From Chitinophagales bacterium (GTDB taxonomy: Bacteria; Bacteroidota; Bacteroidia; Chitinophagales; UBA8649): 64,000 nucleotides of DNA. Where the stretch lies: positions 512,712-576,711 of the forward strand of contig JACJYS010000001.1 of the NCBI GenBank assembly GCA_020635995.1. Reading direction: 5' to 3'. A program made the position numbers and the translations under genes. Under the pieces are notes generated by a model. That model saw only the letters and a program-made list of their open reading frames with translations. It had not been told where the DNA came from and made no database searches. How positions within the stretch are numbered: the stretch's first letter is position 1; every line of letters begins with the position of its first letter. Below, one piece after another: positions 1 to 8,858 of the stretch.

Positions 1-1
1 C

Positions 2-106
2 AAAGGGCGAGATGTAGAAATTGGCATGTACGCTTGGATGATAAATGCCCAAACTAAAGACAAGGAAAAAATAACCAAATCAGGTAATATTACGATAATT
101 AGGTAA
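2..106 (+). CDS. 3' end of an unidentified CDS (partial, enters from upstream of the window)
   Basis: Open frame from position 2 (KGRDVEIGMYAWMINAQTKDKEKITKSGNITIIR*). The TAA at 104-106 overlaps the next ATG (TAATG), suggesting coupling to the cytochrome c gene. Too short to name. Confidence 0.4.
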   Translation, partial: KGRDVEIGMYAWMINAQTKDKEKITKSGNITIIR

Positions 107-432
107 TGAGAAATATACTTATTGCTACTACTATTTTATTAGTGCTGGTTTCCTGCTCTTCAAATGGGCAATATGAAGCCCCTAACGCAGAAAACAGAGA
201 ACCAATGACGGGCAAAAAAGTTTTTGCAACTTACTGCGTAGCCTGCCACGGAGCAGATGGCAAAATGGGATTTTCTGGTGCAAAAGATTTATCTGTAACC
301 CAACTTAGCCATGAAGATAGAGTAAAAGTAATAACTTATGGCAAAGGCGTAATGAATCCTTTTAAAGACGTTTTAAGTATAGAAGAAATACAAAAAGTGG
401 CTGTTTATATAGATAGCTTAGCGATAAAATAG
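106..432 (+). CDS. small class I c-type cytochrome, probable lipoprotein
   Basis: 108 aa. Signal peptide ends LVSCSS. Single CxxCH haem motif (CVACH) followed by a GKGVMNPF Met-ligand region. Confidence 0.85.
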   Translation: MRNILIATTILLVLVSCSSNGQYEAPNAENREPMTGKKVFATYCVACHGADGKMGFSGAKDLSVTQLSHEDRVKVITYGKGVMNPFKDVLSIEEIQKVAVYIDSLAIK

Positions 433-530
433 TACCGATTGTTAATATTATATTTAGTACAATAATGAATTGACTATTATATATTCCTAATCGGTATAAC
501 TAAACATTGTAAAGCTTCAATTTCTAAAAA

Positions 531-960
531 TTAAAAACATATCACTCCGTTCTTCAAACAGTTTAATTTTTTACGGAGTTTTCGGTTAATGGGTACCCCG
601 CTTACAAACTTAAGGTGCACTTTTAACTGACCTTAATCAAAAATACGTTAGGAAATGATGTAAAACAGGCATCCAAAATGAATGAAATTATAAAACAATA
701 AACAGACAAATTAGTATGCTCCTTCAATTGAAAATACTTTAGTAAAACTGAAATTGAGCATACATTAATTTGTCATCGTCTGTTTTATGGCATTTTAGCA
801 TTTTTGATTACAGTCTTGATTTTTTGTTACTTTTGTATCAAGACAAAAGTAAAAGACTACGAGCTGTAACTCAAATTACTTAAACGTCCAAAAAATTCTA
901 TTTCAGAACATAATTTATTGGTATAAGACGGATGGTCATAAAACAAATAAAAATTTTTAA
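531..960 (+). repeat. copy A (5'-truncated) of a dispersed ~0.5-kb structured non-coding element
   Basis: Aligns by eye at roughly nine positions in ten with 43636-44037. Lacks the 5' module. Ends at the anmK ATG. Confidence 0.85.
803..835 (+). promoter_or_regulatory. candidate promoter inside repeat copy A (TTTG, 21-nt spacer, TACTTTTG), facing anmK
   Basis: Motif match only. The same arrangement is conserved in copy B (43901-43933, TACCTTTG). Confidence 0.35.
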
Positions 961-2033
961 TGTCAAATAAGTATTACGCCATAGGTTTAATGTCGGGTAG
1001 CTCATTAGATGCTTTAGATATGGTTTATGCATCTTTTACATACTCTGATAAGTGGAATTATGAAATACTTAAAACAAAAGGTGTTTCTTTAAATACTTGG
1101 TCTAATATTTTACCTAATGCAATAAATTTCACCAAAAAAAATTTAGATAATTTAAGCCTAACATTTGGAAATTTTATAGGAGAAGAAACGCAAAATTTTA
1201 TAAAAGAAAATAATATAGAGCAGATAGATATTGTGGTTTCTCATGGACACACTATTTTTCATTATCCCGAAAAAGGAATTACTTGCCAAATAGGAGATGG
1301 GCAAGCCATAGTAGATATTTTGAAATTACCGGTTTTAAATAATTTACGACAAAAAGATATAAATGCAGGAGGGCAAGGAGCACCTATTGTACCCATTGGA
1401 GATTTGCACTTATTTTCTCAGTACAAATTTTGTTTAAATATTGGTGGAATTGCCAATATTAGCATTAAACAAAAAGATAAAATTATAGCTTATGATATTG
1501 CCGTAGCCAATCAAATATTAAATTATTATAGTGATATGTTAGGGGCTGATTTTGATACTAATGGAAATTGGGCAAGAGAAGGAGTTATTAATTTTGAGCT
1601 AATAAAACAGTTGGAAGAATTAGATTTTTATAAAAAAGAAGCACCTAAATCTTTAGACAACGGCTATAAGGAGGAAATAAAAAAAGTGATACATTTTTAT
1701 AATTTATCTCCTAAAAATGCTTTAGCTACATATACGCATCATTTAGCAGATATAATAGCCAAAGAAGCTAATAAATATTGCATTACAAAAAATGATGAGA
1801 TGCTTATAACTGGAGGTGGAGCGTATAATTCCTATTTAATTGAATTAATTGCAGAAAAATTTAACGGAAAAATTGTTGTTCCTACTTCTAAAATTATTGA
1901 AAACAAAGAAGCCTTAGTGATGGCTTTTATGGGTGTGTTGTATTTAAGAAATGAAGTAAATGTGCTGGGTAGTGTAACGGGTGCAGAGTATGATACTGTT
2001 TGCGGAGAGCTGTATAATTTTAATAAAAATTAA
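960..2033 (+). CDS. anmK: anhydro-N-acetylmuramic acid kinase
   Basis: 357 aa. The N-terminal GLMSGSSLDALD and the GGQGAPIVP motif are typical of AnmK. Confidence 0.9.
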   Translation: MSNKYYAIGLMSGSSLDALDMVYASFTYSDKWNYEILKTKGVSLNTWSNILPNAINFTKKNLDNLSLTFGNFIGEETQNFIKENNIEQIDIVVSHGHTIFHYPEKGITCQIGDGQAIVDILKLPVLNNLRQKDINAGGQGAPIVPIGDLHLFSQYKFCLNIGGIANISIKQKDKIIAYDIAVANQILNYYSDMLGADFDTNGNWAREGVINFELIKQLEELDFYKKEAPKSLDNGYKEEIKKVIHFYNLSPKNALATYTHHLADIIAKEANKYCITKNDEMLITGGGAYNSYLIELIAEKFNGKIVVPTSKIIENKEALVMAFMGVLYLRNEVNVLGSVTGAEYDTVCGELYNFNKN

Positions 2034-2088
2034 AAAAAATATGACTGTCCGTAAAGATGCCAAAAAATATTTTTATTAACTTTAATTC

Positions 2089-2784
2089 ATGCAACAAATA
2101 CCACTCCACCAATTACTATATTTTGATGTAGAAACAGTAAGTCAGCAAAAAGATTTTGCCGACATAAGCCAAGAACTTCAAGAACTGTGGCAACACAAAC
2201 ATCAATTTTTAAGAACCGAAGAAGATGAAACTTATGATGTTTCCTATCAAAATAATGCAGCCATATATGCCGAATTTGGCAAGATAGTTTGTATTTCTTG
2301 CGGATTTTTTAATGGCAAGGAGTTTAGGCTAAAATCTTTTTTTGGAGATGATGAAAAACAGTTGCTAATGGAATTTTCTACTTTATTAAACAGTACAAAG
2401 TTGTATTTGTGTGGGCACAATATTAAGGAGTTTGATGTGCCTTATGTGTGCCGTAGAATGTTAGTAAACGGAATAAAACTGCCTAATGCATTGGATGTAG
2501 CGGGCAAAAAACCATGGGAAGTTAATTTTGTAGATACCTTGCAATTATGGAAGTTTGGAGATTATAAAAGCTATACCAGCTTAAATTTGTTAGCAACAAT
2601 TTTTAATATTCCTACTCCCAAAGACGATATAGACGGCAGTATGGTAGGCAAAGTTTACTGGCAAGATAATGATTTGCCACGTATAGTGCAGTATTGCCAA
2701 AAAGATGTGATAACAGTAGTAAGACTATTACAAAAATGGCAGCAGCAGGTATTGTTAAAAGATGAGGAAGTGGTAATTGTATAG
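2089..2784 (+). CDS. DEDDy-type 3'-5' exonuclease related to the PolB exonuclease domain
   Basis: 231 aa. Contains LYFDVET (DxE), HNIKEFDVPY and YCQKDV motifs in the order expected for ExoI-III. Confidence 0.75.
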   Translation: MQQIPLHQLLYFDVETVSQQKDFADISQELQELWQHKHQFLRTEEDETYDVSYQNNAAIYAEFGKIVCISCGFFNGKEFRLKSFFGDDEKQLLMEFSTLLNSTKLYLCGHNIKEFDVPYVCRRMLVNGIKLPNALDVAGKKPWEVNFVDTLQLWKFGDYKSYTSLNLLATIFNIPTPKDDIDGSMVGKVYWQDNDLPRIVQYCQKDVITVVRLLQKWQQQVLLKDEEVVIV

Positions 2785-2939
2785 GAAAATGAAGTTTCGC
2801 TGAATGGTCAAGTATATGATGGGTAGGGCATTTCAGAGTTGTTACTTGTCTATTGGGTAAAGTTTGTTGAACCAAGAACTTACTGGAAATACTATTCTTC
2901 TTATATTTTTACCAATTATTATGTAGCGTTTTTATTTTT

Positions 2940-3674
2940 CTATTTATTCAATAATGTATTGACCAAAGTTATTATTCCAATAATTAATATAAGGCTGAGC
3001 GAAATTTGTTTAAACTTATCTTGGGGAATATAGTTTAGAATTTTTTTACCAATTAATGTTCCTACAATTCCAATAATTATCAAAAATGGCACATAAATTA
3101 AGTCATGTTTATGAATGTACCCATTGTAATAATATACAAATGTTCTTGAAAAATCTATCATAAAATCTATGAATGCAGATGTGGCAATAAATACCGTTTT
3201 TTCTAAATTAAAGGCACTCATAGTTAGTCCTCGTATTGCACCACCTGTTCCCAAAAGTCCTGCCGAAAATCCCGATAAACTACCGCCAATTATGGCATTT
3301 CGCTTAATAGGATTTATTACCAATTCTTTTTTAATAAGAAATAAGAGTGCCAAAATGATAAGGAATACTCCAAGAAATAATTCAAGATATGAATTGTTAA
3401 ATACCTTTGTTAATAATCCACCTATTATAACAAATATTACTGATGGAATGCCAATATTTATTAGTAATTTTTTATCAAGTCCTTTTTTGAACAAAACAAT
3501 CTTACTCAAATTGCTAGAAAGGTGATAAATAGCTGTTATACCTAAAACCGATTCAAAGTTGAAATAAAAATTTGCAATTGGAACAAAAAATACTGATGAA
3601 CCAAATCCTCCTATTGTTCCAAATATTTCGGCAATTAAAGATAAAAGTAGGAATAGGTAACTTAAATTTTTCAT
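2940..3674 (-). CDS. TauE/SafE family sulfite/anion exporter-like membrane protein
   Basis: 244 aa polytopic membrane protein with Gly-rich helices (GGFGSSVFFVP, GLLGTGGAIRG), as in the TauE/SafE family. Confidence 0.7.
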   Translation of the reverse strand: MKNLSYLFLLLSLIAEIFGTIGGFGSSVFFVPIANFYFNFESVLGITAIYHLSSNLSKIVLFKKGLDKKLLINIGIPSVIFVIIGGLLTKVFNNSYLELFLGVFLIILALLFLIKKELVINPIKRNAIIGGSLSGFSAGLLGTGGAIRGLTMSAFNLEKTVFIATSAFIDFMIDFSRTFVYYYNGYIHKHDLIYVPFLIIIGIVGTLIGKKILNYIPQDKFKQISLSLILIIGIITLVNTLLNK

Positions 3675-3831
3675 TCAATATTTTGTGGTAAAGTGCTATT
3701 TTTTAATGCTACACAAGTCATAGCTAAAAAATTGTTTTAATTTTTTGTAGTGAATTTAGTTTATTTCTTTTTAAATGTCAAGTGTTTTGTTAATGTATTT
3801 TCACTATCCAATGGGTTTCAGCCCATTGTGC

Positions 3832-5673
3832 TTAATACCCCATATACCTATCAAAAACATACTGAAAATAAGCCCCACTTTTTAATAAGCAAGAGTCTGT
3901 TTCTTGGTATAAATTATTGGGAATTTCATAGTTGAGAAAACAAAAATTATCAGGTAGAATAAGATCGTGCCCATGTATATGAGTGAAAGTAGAAAACGGT
4001 GGACTGTATGGGCTAAAAATATCTTTGCTAAACTCAAAATATTGCTTTTTTAAACTCAGCTGTTTGCTTAGGCTATATGGTATATCCGTTTGATTAACTA
4101 ATTGTTCTGTTTTCTTTCCTTTAAATTCATTTTTAAGTGCATTGCCAAATAAGATAAAAGGTATATGAAACCGTTCTTTGTCATTGTACCAATAATCGCC
4201 AGGATATTTATGAGCATGGTCTGATGACAAAATAAACAAAGTATTATCAAACCACGGCATATTTTTGCACTGCTCATAAAAAACACCTAAGATACTATCC
4301 ACATATATTACGGCATTGTCGTAGCGTTTTATATCTTTATGTTCTCCTTCATTAAAAGGCATATCATAAGGTTCGTGAGTGGTTTGGGTTAGTACTAAGT
4401 TAAAAAAAGGCTCTTTAGCATTTTTAGTGTCTTCAATAAATTTGGCAAATAAAAATTCATCCGGAGCACCTAATTCTTGAGTAAGTTGCTCTTTAGGATA
4501 ATCTTGTAATCCATAAACTTTCCCAAAACCATTATATTTTAAAAAAGCTTTAAAACTGCCAAACTCAGGTTCTCCTGCAAAGAAAAAAGTATTAGTATAT
4601 CCTTCTTCTTTAAGTGCTAATGATAAGGAAGGTAAGTGCTGAAATTTTTCGGGTTGAGCTCCAATAGTATGAAAAGGCATAGCCGGAAATCCGCTAATTA
4701 TAGAAACCAAACCTTGGTCGGTACGCAAGCCCGAAGCGTACATTTGCTTAAATGTATAGCCTTCTTTTATAAAATTTTCAACATTTGGCATCAGCACGCC
4801 CCAGCTATTGTATTCTTTTATGCAGTTGGCATTTACGCCCTCTAAAGCAATGTATATAATATTCGGTCGCTTTATATTCAGTATATTTATTAAAGTATCC
4901 TTTTCTTGATGGTATAAATTTTTAAAAATTTCTTCGGCTTTGGCTTCATCCATTACTTTGTAAGGGTTTGTTTTTAAACTGTTGTTGTTTTGAAAAAGTA
5001 CATTTCCAAAATTCCAAAGCGAATTAACTCCAGCTACATTTAGCGTATTATCGTCAGAAAAATAAGCATCACTTTGGTTAATAGGTATTACTCTAAAACC
5101 ACCTCTTAATCCCAATATTGCCAAGCCACTTAACAATAAGAAAGCAGGGAGATATAAGTACCATTTTCTTGTGTTAATTTCTTGTTTTTTAATTAAAATT
5201 TTAAGCACTTTATAAGAGATATAAGTTAATACAATAGCTACTATAAAAAGTATTAAAACCTGCCATTTTCCGGCCGATTTTAGGGACATTAGTGGCGTAT
5301 TCAAATAAAATAGAGCCTTGGCACTTAGCTTAGAACTCCAATAAGAAAACAGCCTAATATCTATAAAGTTTATAGCTACTGCAATAAAAGAAACACAAGT
5401 AAAATAAGCTATTAAAAAAGGATGTAAGATGTTTTTTTTTATAAAAATTTGAATTAAAAAAACCGTTAATGGAAGGAGTGAGATATAACATACTACTGCA
5501 AAATCTATAGAAAAGCTATTAGTGAAAACCAACCATAGATTTTTGGCATCTTTATATCGTATATCATTAAAATTGACAAATAAAAAAAGTGCTTTTAAGA
5601 AAGCAAACAGCAATAAAAAGTAAATGGCAGGTTTTACAAAATAATTATAGATAGTTTTTAAAACTACTACCAT
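3832..5673 (-). CDS. LTA synthase / sulfatase-family phosphoglycerol transferase-like membrane protein
   Basis: 613 aa. Five N-terminal TM helices plus an extracytoplasmic alkaline-phosphatase-superfamily domain (TQTTHEPYDMP, SSDHAH). Confidence 0.8.
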   Translation of the reverse strand: MVVVLKTIYNYFVKPAIYFLLLFAFLKALFLFVNFNDIRYKDAKNLWLVFTNSFSIDFAVVCYISLLPLTVFLIQIFIKKNILHPFLIAYFTCVSFIAVAINFIDIRLFSYWSSKLSAKALFYLNTPLMSLKSAGKWQVLILFIVAIVLTYISYKVLKILIKKQEINTRKWYLYLPAFLLLSGLAILGLRGGFRVIPINQSDAYFSDDNTLNVAGVNSLWNFGNVLFQNNNSLKTNPYKVMDEAKAEEIFKNLYHQEKDTLINILNIKRPNIIYIALEGVNANCIKEYNSWGVLMPNVENFIKEGYTFKQMYASGLRTDQGLVSIISGFPAMPFHTIGAQPEKFQHLPSLSLALKEEGYTNTFFFAGEPEFGSFKAFLKYNGFGKVYGLQDYPKEQLTQELGAPDEFLFAKFIEDTKNAKEPFFNLVLTQTTHEPYDMPFNEGEHKDIKRYDNAVIYVDSILGVFYEQCKNMPWFDNTLFILSSDHAHKYPGDYWYNDKERFHIPFILFGNALKNEFKGKKTEQLVNQTDIPYSLSKQLSLKKQYFEFSKDIFSPYSPPFSTFTHIHGHDLILPDNFCFLNYEIPNNLYQETDSCLLKSGAYFQYVFDRYMGY

Positions 5674-6446
5674 GATATTTTTTCTTTGTTTAAAAAAGAT
5701 GCAATTCCTTTTTTGCAGTCTTCATTTCCTCTTCCTTTGGCATTCATTTCAGCAGCATAATTAAAACCATCTGTAAGCGAAATTTGCTGTACTTTACTTA
5801 TCATTTCTTTAGTGTTGGCTATAGATTGTGCCGAAGTTGAAATTGCCAAATCAATAGCTATTTCGTGTACTTTTTCATCTATTTCTTCTTCGGAAAAAAT
5901 GTGAGTTATTAAACCTAAATTTAAAGCTTCTTCGCTTGAAATTAGCTTGCCTGTAAGTAACAGTTCTTTGGCTTTGCCCTCATTAATTTTCCTTAGTAAA
6001 AATACCATAACAATAGCCGGAATAAAACCTATTTTTACTTCGGTATAACCCATTAAAATATCAGGTACGGCATAAGAAAAATCGCAAACAGTGGCTAAAC
6101 CTGCACCTCCGGCTATGGCGTGTCCTTTTATTTTGGCTATAGTTATTTTGCTACAAGTATATATTTGTTGGTATAGCTCTTTTAAATTATTAGAATCGGC
6201 TAAATTTTCTTCGTAAGTATATTTTTGCAGCGATTGTAAGTAAGCTAAATCGGCACCCGCACTAAATGCTTTTCCATTACCACTTAATACTATTATTTTT
6301 ACTTGTTCTTCTTGTTCCGCATGAGCAAAAGCTAATTTTAACTCGTTGACTAACTGTTCGTTAAAAGCATTGCGTTTTTCGGGTCTATTTAGGCTTATGT
6401 AAGCAATTCTGTCTTTTATGGTATATTCTACAAGTTCTAAATTCAT
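5667..6446 (-). CDS. enoyl-CoA hydratase/isomerase (crotonase) family protein
   Basis: 259 aa. Has the crotonase oxyanion motifs AFSAGADL and GHAIAGGAGLA. Confidence 0.85.
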   Translation of the reverse strand: MNLELVEYTIKDRIAYISLNRPEKRNAFNEQLVNELKLAFAHAEQEEQVKIIVLSGNGKAFSAGADLAYLQSLQKYTYEENLADSNNLKELYQQIYTCSKITIAKIKGHAIAGGAGLATVCDFSYAVPDILMGYTEVKIGFIPAIVMVFLLRKINEGKAKELLLTGKLISSEEALNLGLITHIFSEEEIDEKVHEIAIDLAISTSAQSIANTKEMISKVQQISLTDGFNYAAEMNAKGRGNEDCKKGIASFLNKEKISW

Positions 6447-6449
6447 ATT

Positions 6450-8534
6450 CTATAGTTTTTCTACAAATGCACTCTGCTCTGTAACAAAATAACAGTCCAA
6501 ATTTAAAGAATCGCAGTCCTTTTTCCAATATTTGTTATAATAGCTTTTGTTTGAGCTGTCAAAAATGTATTTTTTGGCTTTTATTTTTTTAGTAAAACTA
6601 CTCAAATACAATTTTTGCTGATGTTTTAAAATACAATAATCCGTTTCTACAGTTTGCTTAGGTAAAGTAAAATTTGAATCAACAAAAAGTATTTCCTTAT
6701 TTTTAAAAGTAATAATATCTATAGGCGTATTACTTTGTTTAAATGTTTGTTTTGTGGTGTATGTGCCCCACCAGTTGTGTTTTACTCTAAATAAAAGTTG
6801 ACTATCATTTTCTTTAAAATCTTTATCAAAATAGGAGTATCGTGTATTGCCGTTATTTAGTTCTACAGCACTTTGTTTAGGAACATAATAAACAGTTAAA
6901 TACGAAAGGCTGCCATTACTTAATTTATGATAGCTTAGCGATATAGTAAAGAACAATGTGCTTGCCAAAGCTACTTTTAGGGCATTTTTATTTTTGTATG
7001 CTAAAGCTATTGAAAAAGCAATAATAAATAAGTAAATCAGATAGCATTCTAACAAAGAGATATGTAAGCCGGAACTTAACGAGTAAGGCAACTTGTCTAT
7101 AAAACTTACAGAATAATTTAGAATAAATATAACTTTAGAAAGTATGAAGCCGATAATGCCGGCTAAGGGATGAATAAAACTAAACACAAACAGGCTTACG
7201 CCTAAAAACACAATAGCAAAGGCTACAGGTATTACAATTAAATTAGAAACAAAGAAAAAATTAGGAAACTGATGAAAATATAATATTCCCAGCGGGAATG
7301 TGGCAATTTGTGCAGAGATAGATACGGCTGTTATAGCCCAAGTTTTATCAAGGATATAGTTTTCTGTATAAAGTAAATTATAAATTTTGGGTTGCAAAAA
7401 TATAATGCCAATAACAGCCAAATAAGAAAGTTGAAAACCTACTTCTGTAATAATATATGGATTTACTAAAATTAAAAGTAAAGCCGATGCGGCAATGGTG
7501 TTGTAAATATTGACATACTGTTTAAAAGAAGTGCCTATGGCTATAAAAGAAAACATAGTAGCAGCTCTTAATACCGAAGGAGAAGCACCCGTAAGAATAG
7601 CGTACAACCAAATAAGAAGTACTAAAATTATTGATTTTAAAACTTTTGTTTTTCTGTTATTAAGAAAAAATAGCAAGCTATTAAAAATAAGATAAACAAT
7701 ACCTACATGCAGTCCACTTACGGCTAAAACGTGCATAGCTCCGCTTGTAGAATAAGCTCTTATAAGTTCATAATCCAATAAATCTTTTTTACCTATAAGA
7801 ATGGCATTGGCTATGGCTTTTTCATTGTTGCCTGCTATATATTTATCTATTACATTATATAAATAGTTTCTAAGTTTAAAAAGTTTACCAACTATAAAGT
7901 TGCCGCTATCTTGTTTTATGAGTTTCCAATTTTCAGAGGATAAATATGCTGTTTGAAAAATGTTATGAAACTTTAGGTAATCTTTATAATTGAACTCAAA
8001 TGGATTTCTGGGTGGTTCTATGCTATTTATAAAAGTTTTGCCTATTAGTACATCTCCATATTTTAACTTTTCAGAAATACTATCTTTTTGAATGTAAACC
8101 AATAGCTTTCCCGTTGTGTGATAAGTTTTATCATTTTCCAGTACTTCAATAACTTTTCCTGTTATTTTTTGGCTGTTCTCTTTAGCAATAGGGTTGTCTA
8201 TTATTTGAATTTTTATGAGATTTTCCTCTTTTATATATTTTGTAAAATGGCTTTTGTTTTTAGAGGAGTTAAACAAAGCACTTAGCGTAAAAGCTACAAA
8301 AAATAACGATAGGAATAAAAGACTACTTACCCATTTTATTTGTGAGCTTAGTGATGTTAATTTATATCTTAGTCTAATTATTTGAGCAAAAATTAGTAAA
8401 CAGATTGCTATACACAAAAGAAACAATATCAAAGTATTACGCTGAAAATATATTCCGGTTGTAACGCCTAATATAACAATAGAAGTAATTCTTACTAAGG
8501 GTATGTTCTTTAATATGTTTAGTTTGGTATTCAA
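6450..8534 (-). CDS. comEC: ComEC/Rec2 family competence membrane protein
   Basis: 694 aa polytopic protein with the ComEC core motif (AMHVLAVSGLHVGIV). No C-terminal metallo-beta-lactamase domain is evident. Confidence 0.8.
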   Translation of the reverse strand: MNTKLNILKNIPLVRITSIVILGVTTGIYFQRNTLILFLLCIAICLLIFAQIIRLRYKLTSLSSQIKWVSSLLFLSLFFVAFTLSALFNSSKNKSHFTKYIKEENLIKIQIIDNPIAKENSQKITGKVIEVLENDKTYHTTGKLLVYIQKDSISEKLKYGDVLIGKTFINSIEPPRNPFEFNYKDYLKFHNIFQTAYLSSENWKLIKQDSGNFIVGKLFKLRNYLYNVIDKYIAGNNEKAIANAILIGKKDLLDYELIRAYSTSGAMHVLAVSGLHVGIVYLIFNSLLFFLNNRKTKVLKSIILVLLIWLYAILTGASPSVLRAATMFSFIAIGTSFKQYVNIYNTIAASALLLILVNPYIITEVGFQLSYLAVIGIIFLQPKIYNLLYTENYILDKTWAITAVSISAQIATFPLGILYFHQFPNFFFVSNLIVIPVAFAIVFLGVSLFVFSFIHPLAGIIGFILSKVIFILNYSVSFIDKLPYSLSSGLHISLLECYLIYLFIIAFSIALAYKNKNALKVALASTLFFTISLSYHKLSNGSLSYLTVYYVPKQSAVELNNGNTRYSYFDKDFKENDSQLLFRVKHNWWGTYTTKQTFKQSNTPIDIITFKNKEILFVDSNFTLPKQTVETDYCILKHQQKLYLSSFTKKIKAKKYIFDSSNKSYYNKYWKKDCDSLNLDCYFVTEQSAFVEKL

Positions 8535-8641
8535 AACATATTAAAGATAAGTAATGTAAATTGTTAATGCAAAATAGTTTAAACTATTTTGTGTTTTACA
8601 ATGGTAAATGCCGTTAGCGGTGGTGTTGAGAAAAATCGTTT

Positions 8642-8676
8642 TACTCGTGGCACGACTTGGAGTCGTGCCACGAGTA
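8642..8676. repeat. perfect 16-bp GC-rich hairpin (TACTCGTGGCACGACT tgg AGTCGTGCCACGAGTA)
   Basis: Read directly. Lies in a GC-rich intergenic island with two further hairpins (8705-8722 and 8725-8747). Confidence 0.8.
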
Positions 8677-8805
8677 CTGTGCCACCCCCACTTATTATAT
8701 TGAACCTGCTGCGGCAAGCAGGCGAAGTGAAATATCCACCTTCACTTGAATTGCGTCTATCAATTTATTTTTTGGACTATTATGTACTTCTAATCGGTAT
8801 AAAAT

Positions 8806-8837
8806 AAAAATGCCCCGAAAAAAATCGGGGCATTTTT
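8806..8837. terminator. bidirectional intrinsic terminator (AAAAATGCCCCGA aaaaaa TCGGGGCATTTTT)
   Basis: GC-rich 8-bp stem flanked by A5 and T5. Lies 22 nt past the stop of the minus-strand T9SS cargo gene. Confidence 0.85.
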
Positions 8838-8858
8838 AAATAAGATATTTATTAAAAA

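Noticed and set aside
8589-8807. 72-aa ORF in the track (MCFTMVNAVSGG...)
   Set aside because: It has a TTG start, lies entirely within a cluster of GC-rich palindromes plus a terminator, and its peptide (GTTWSRATSTVPP) is the translation of hairpin arms. It is not coding.
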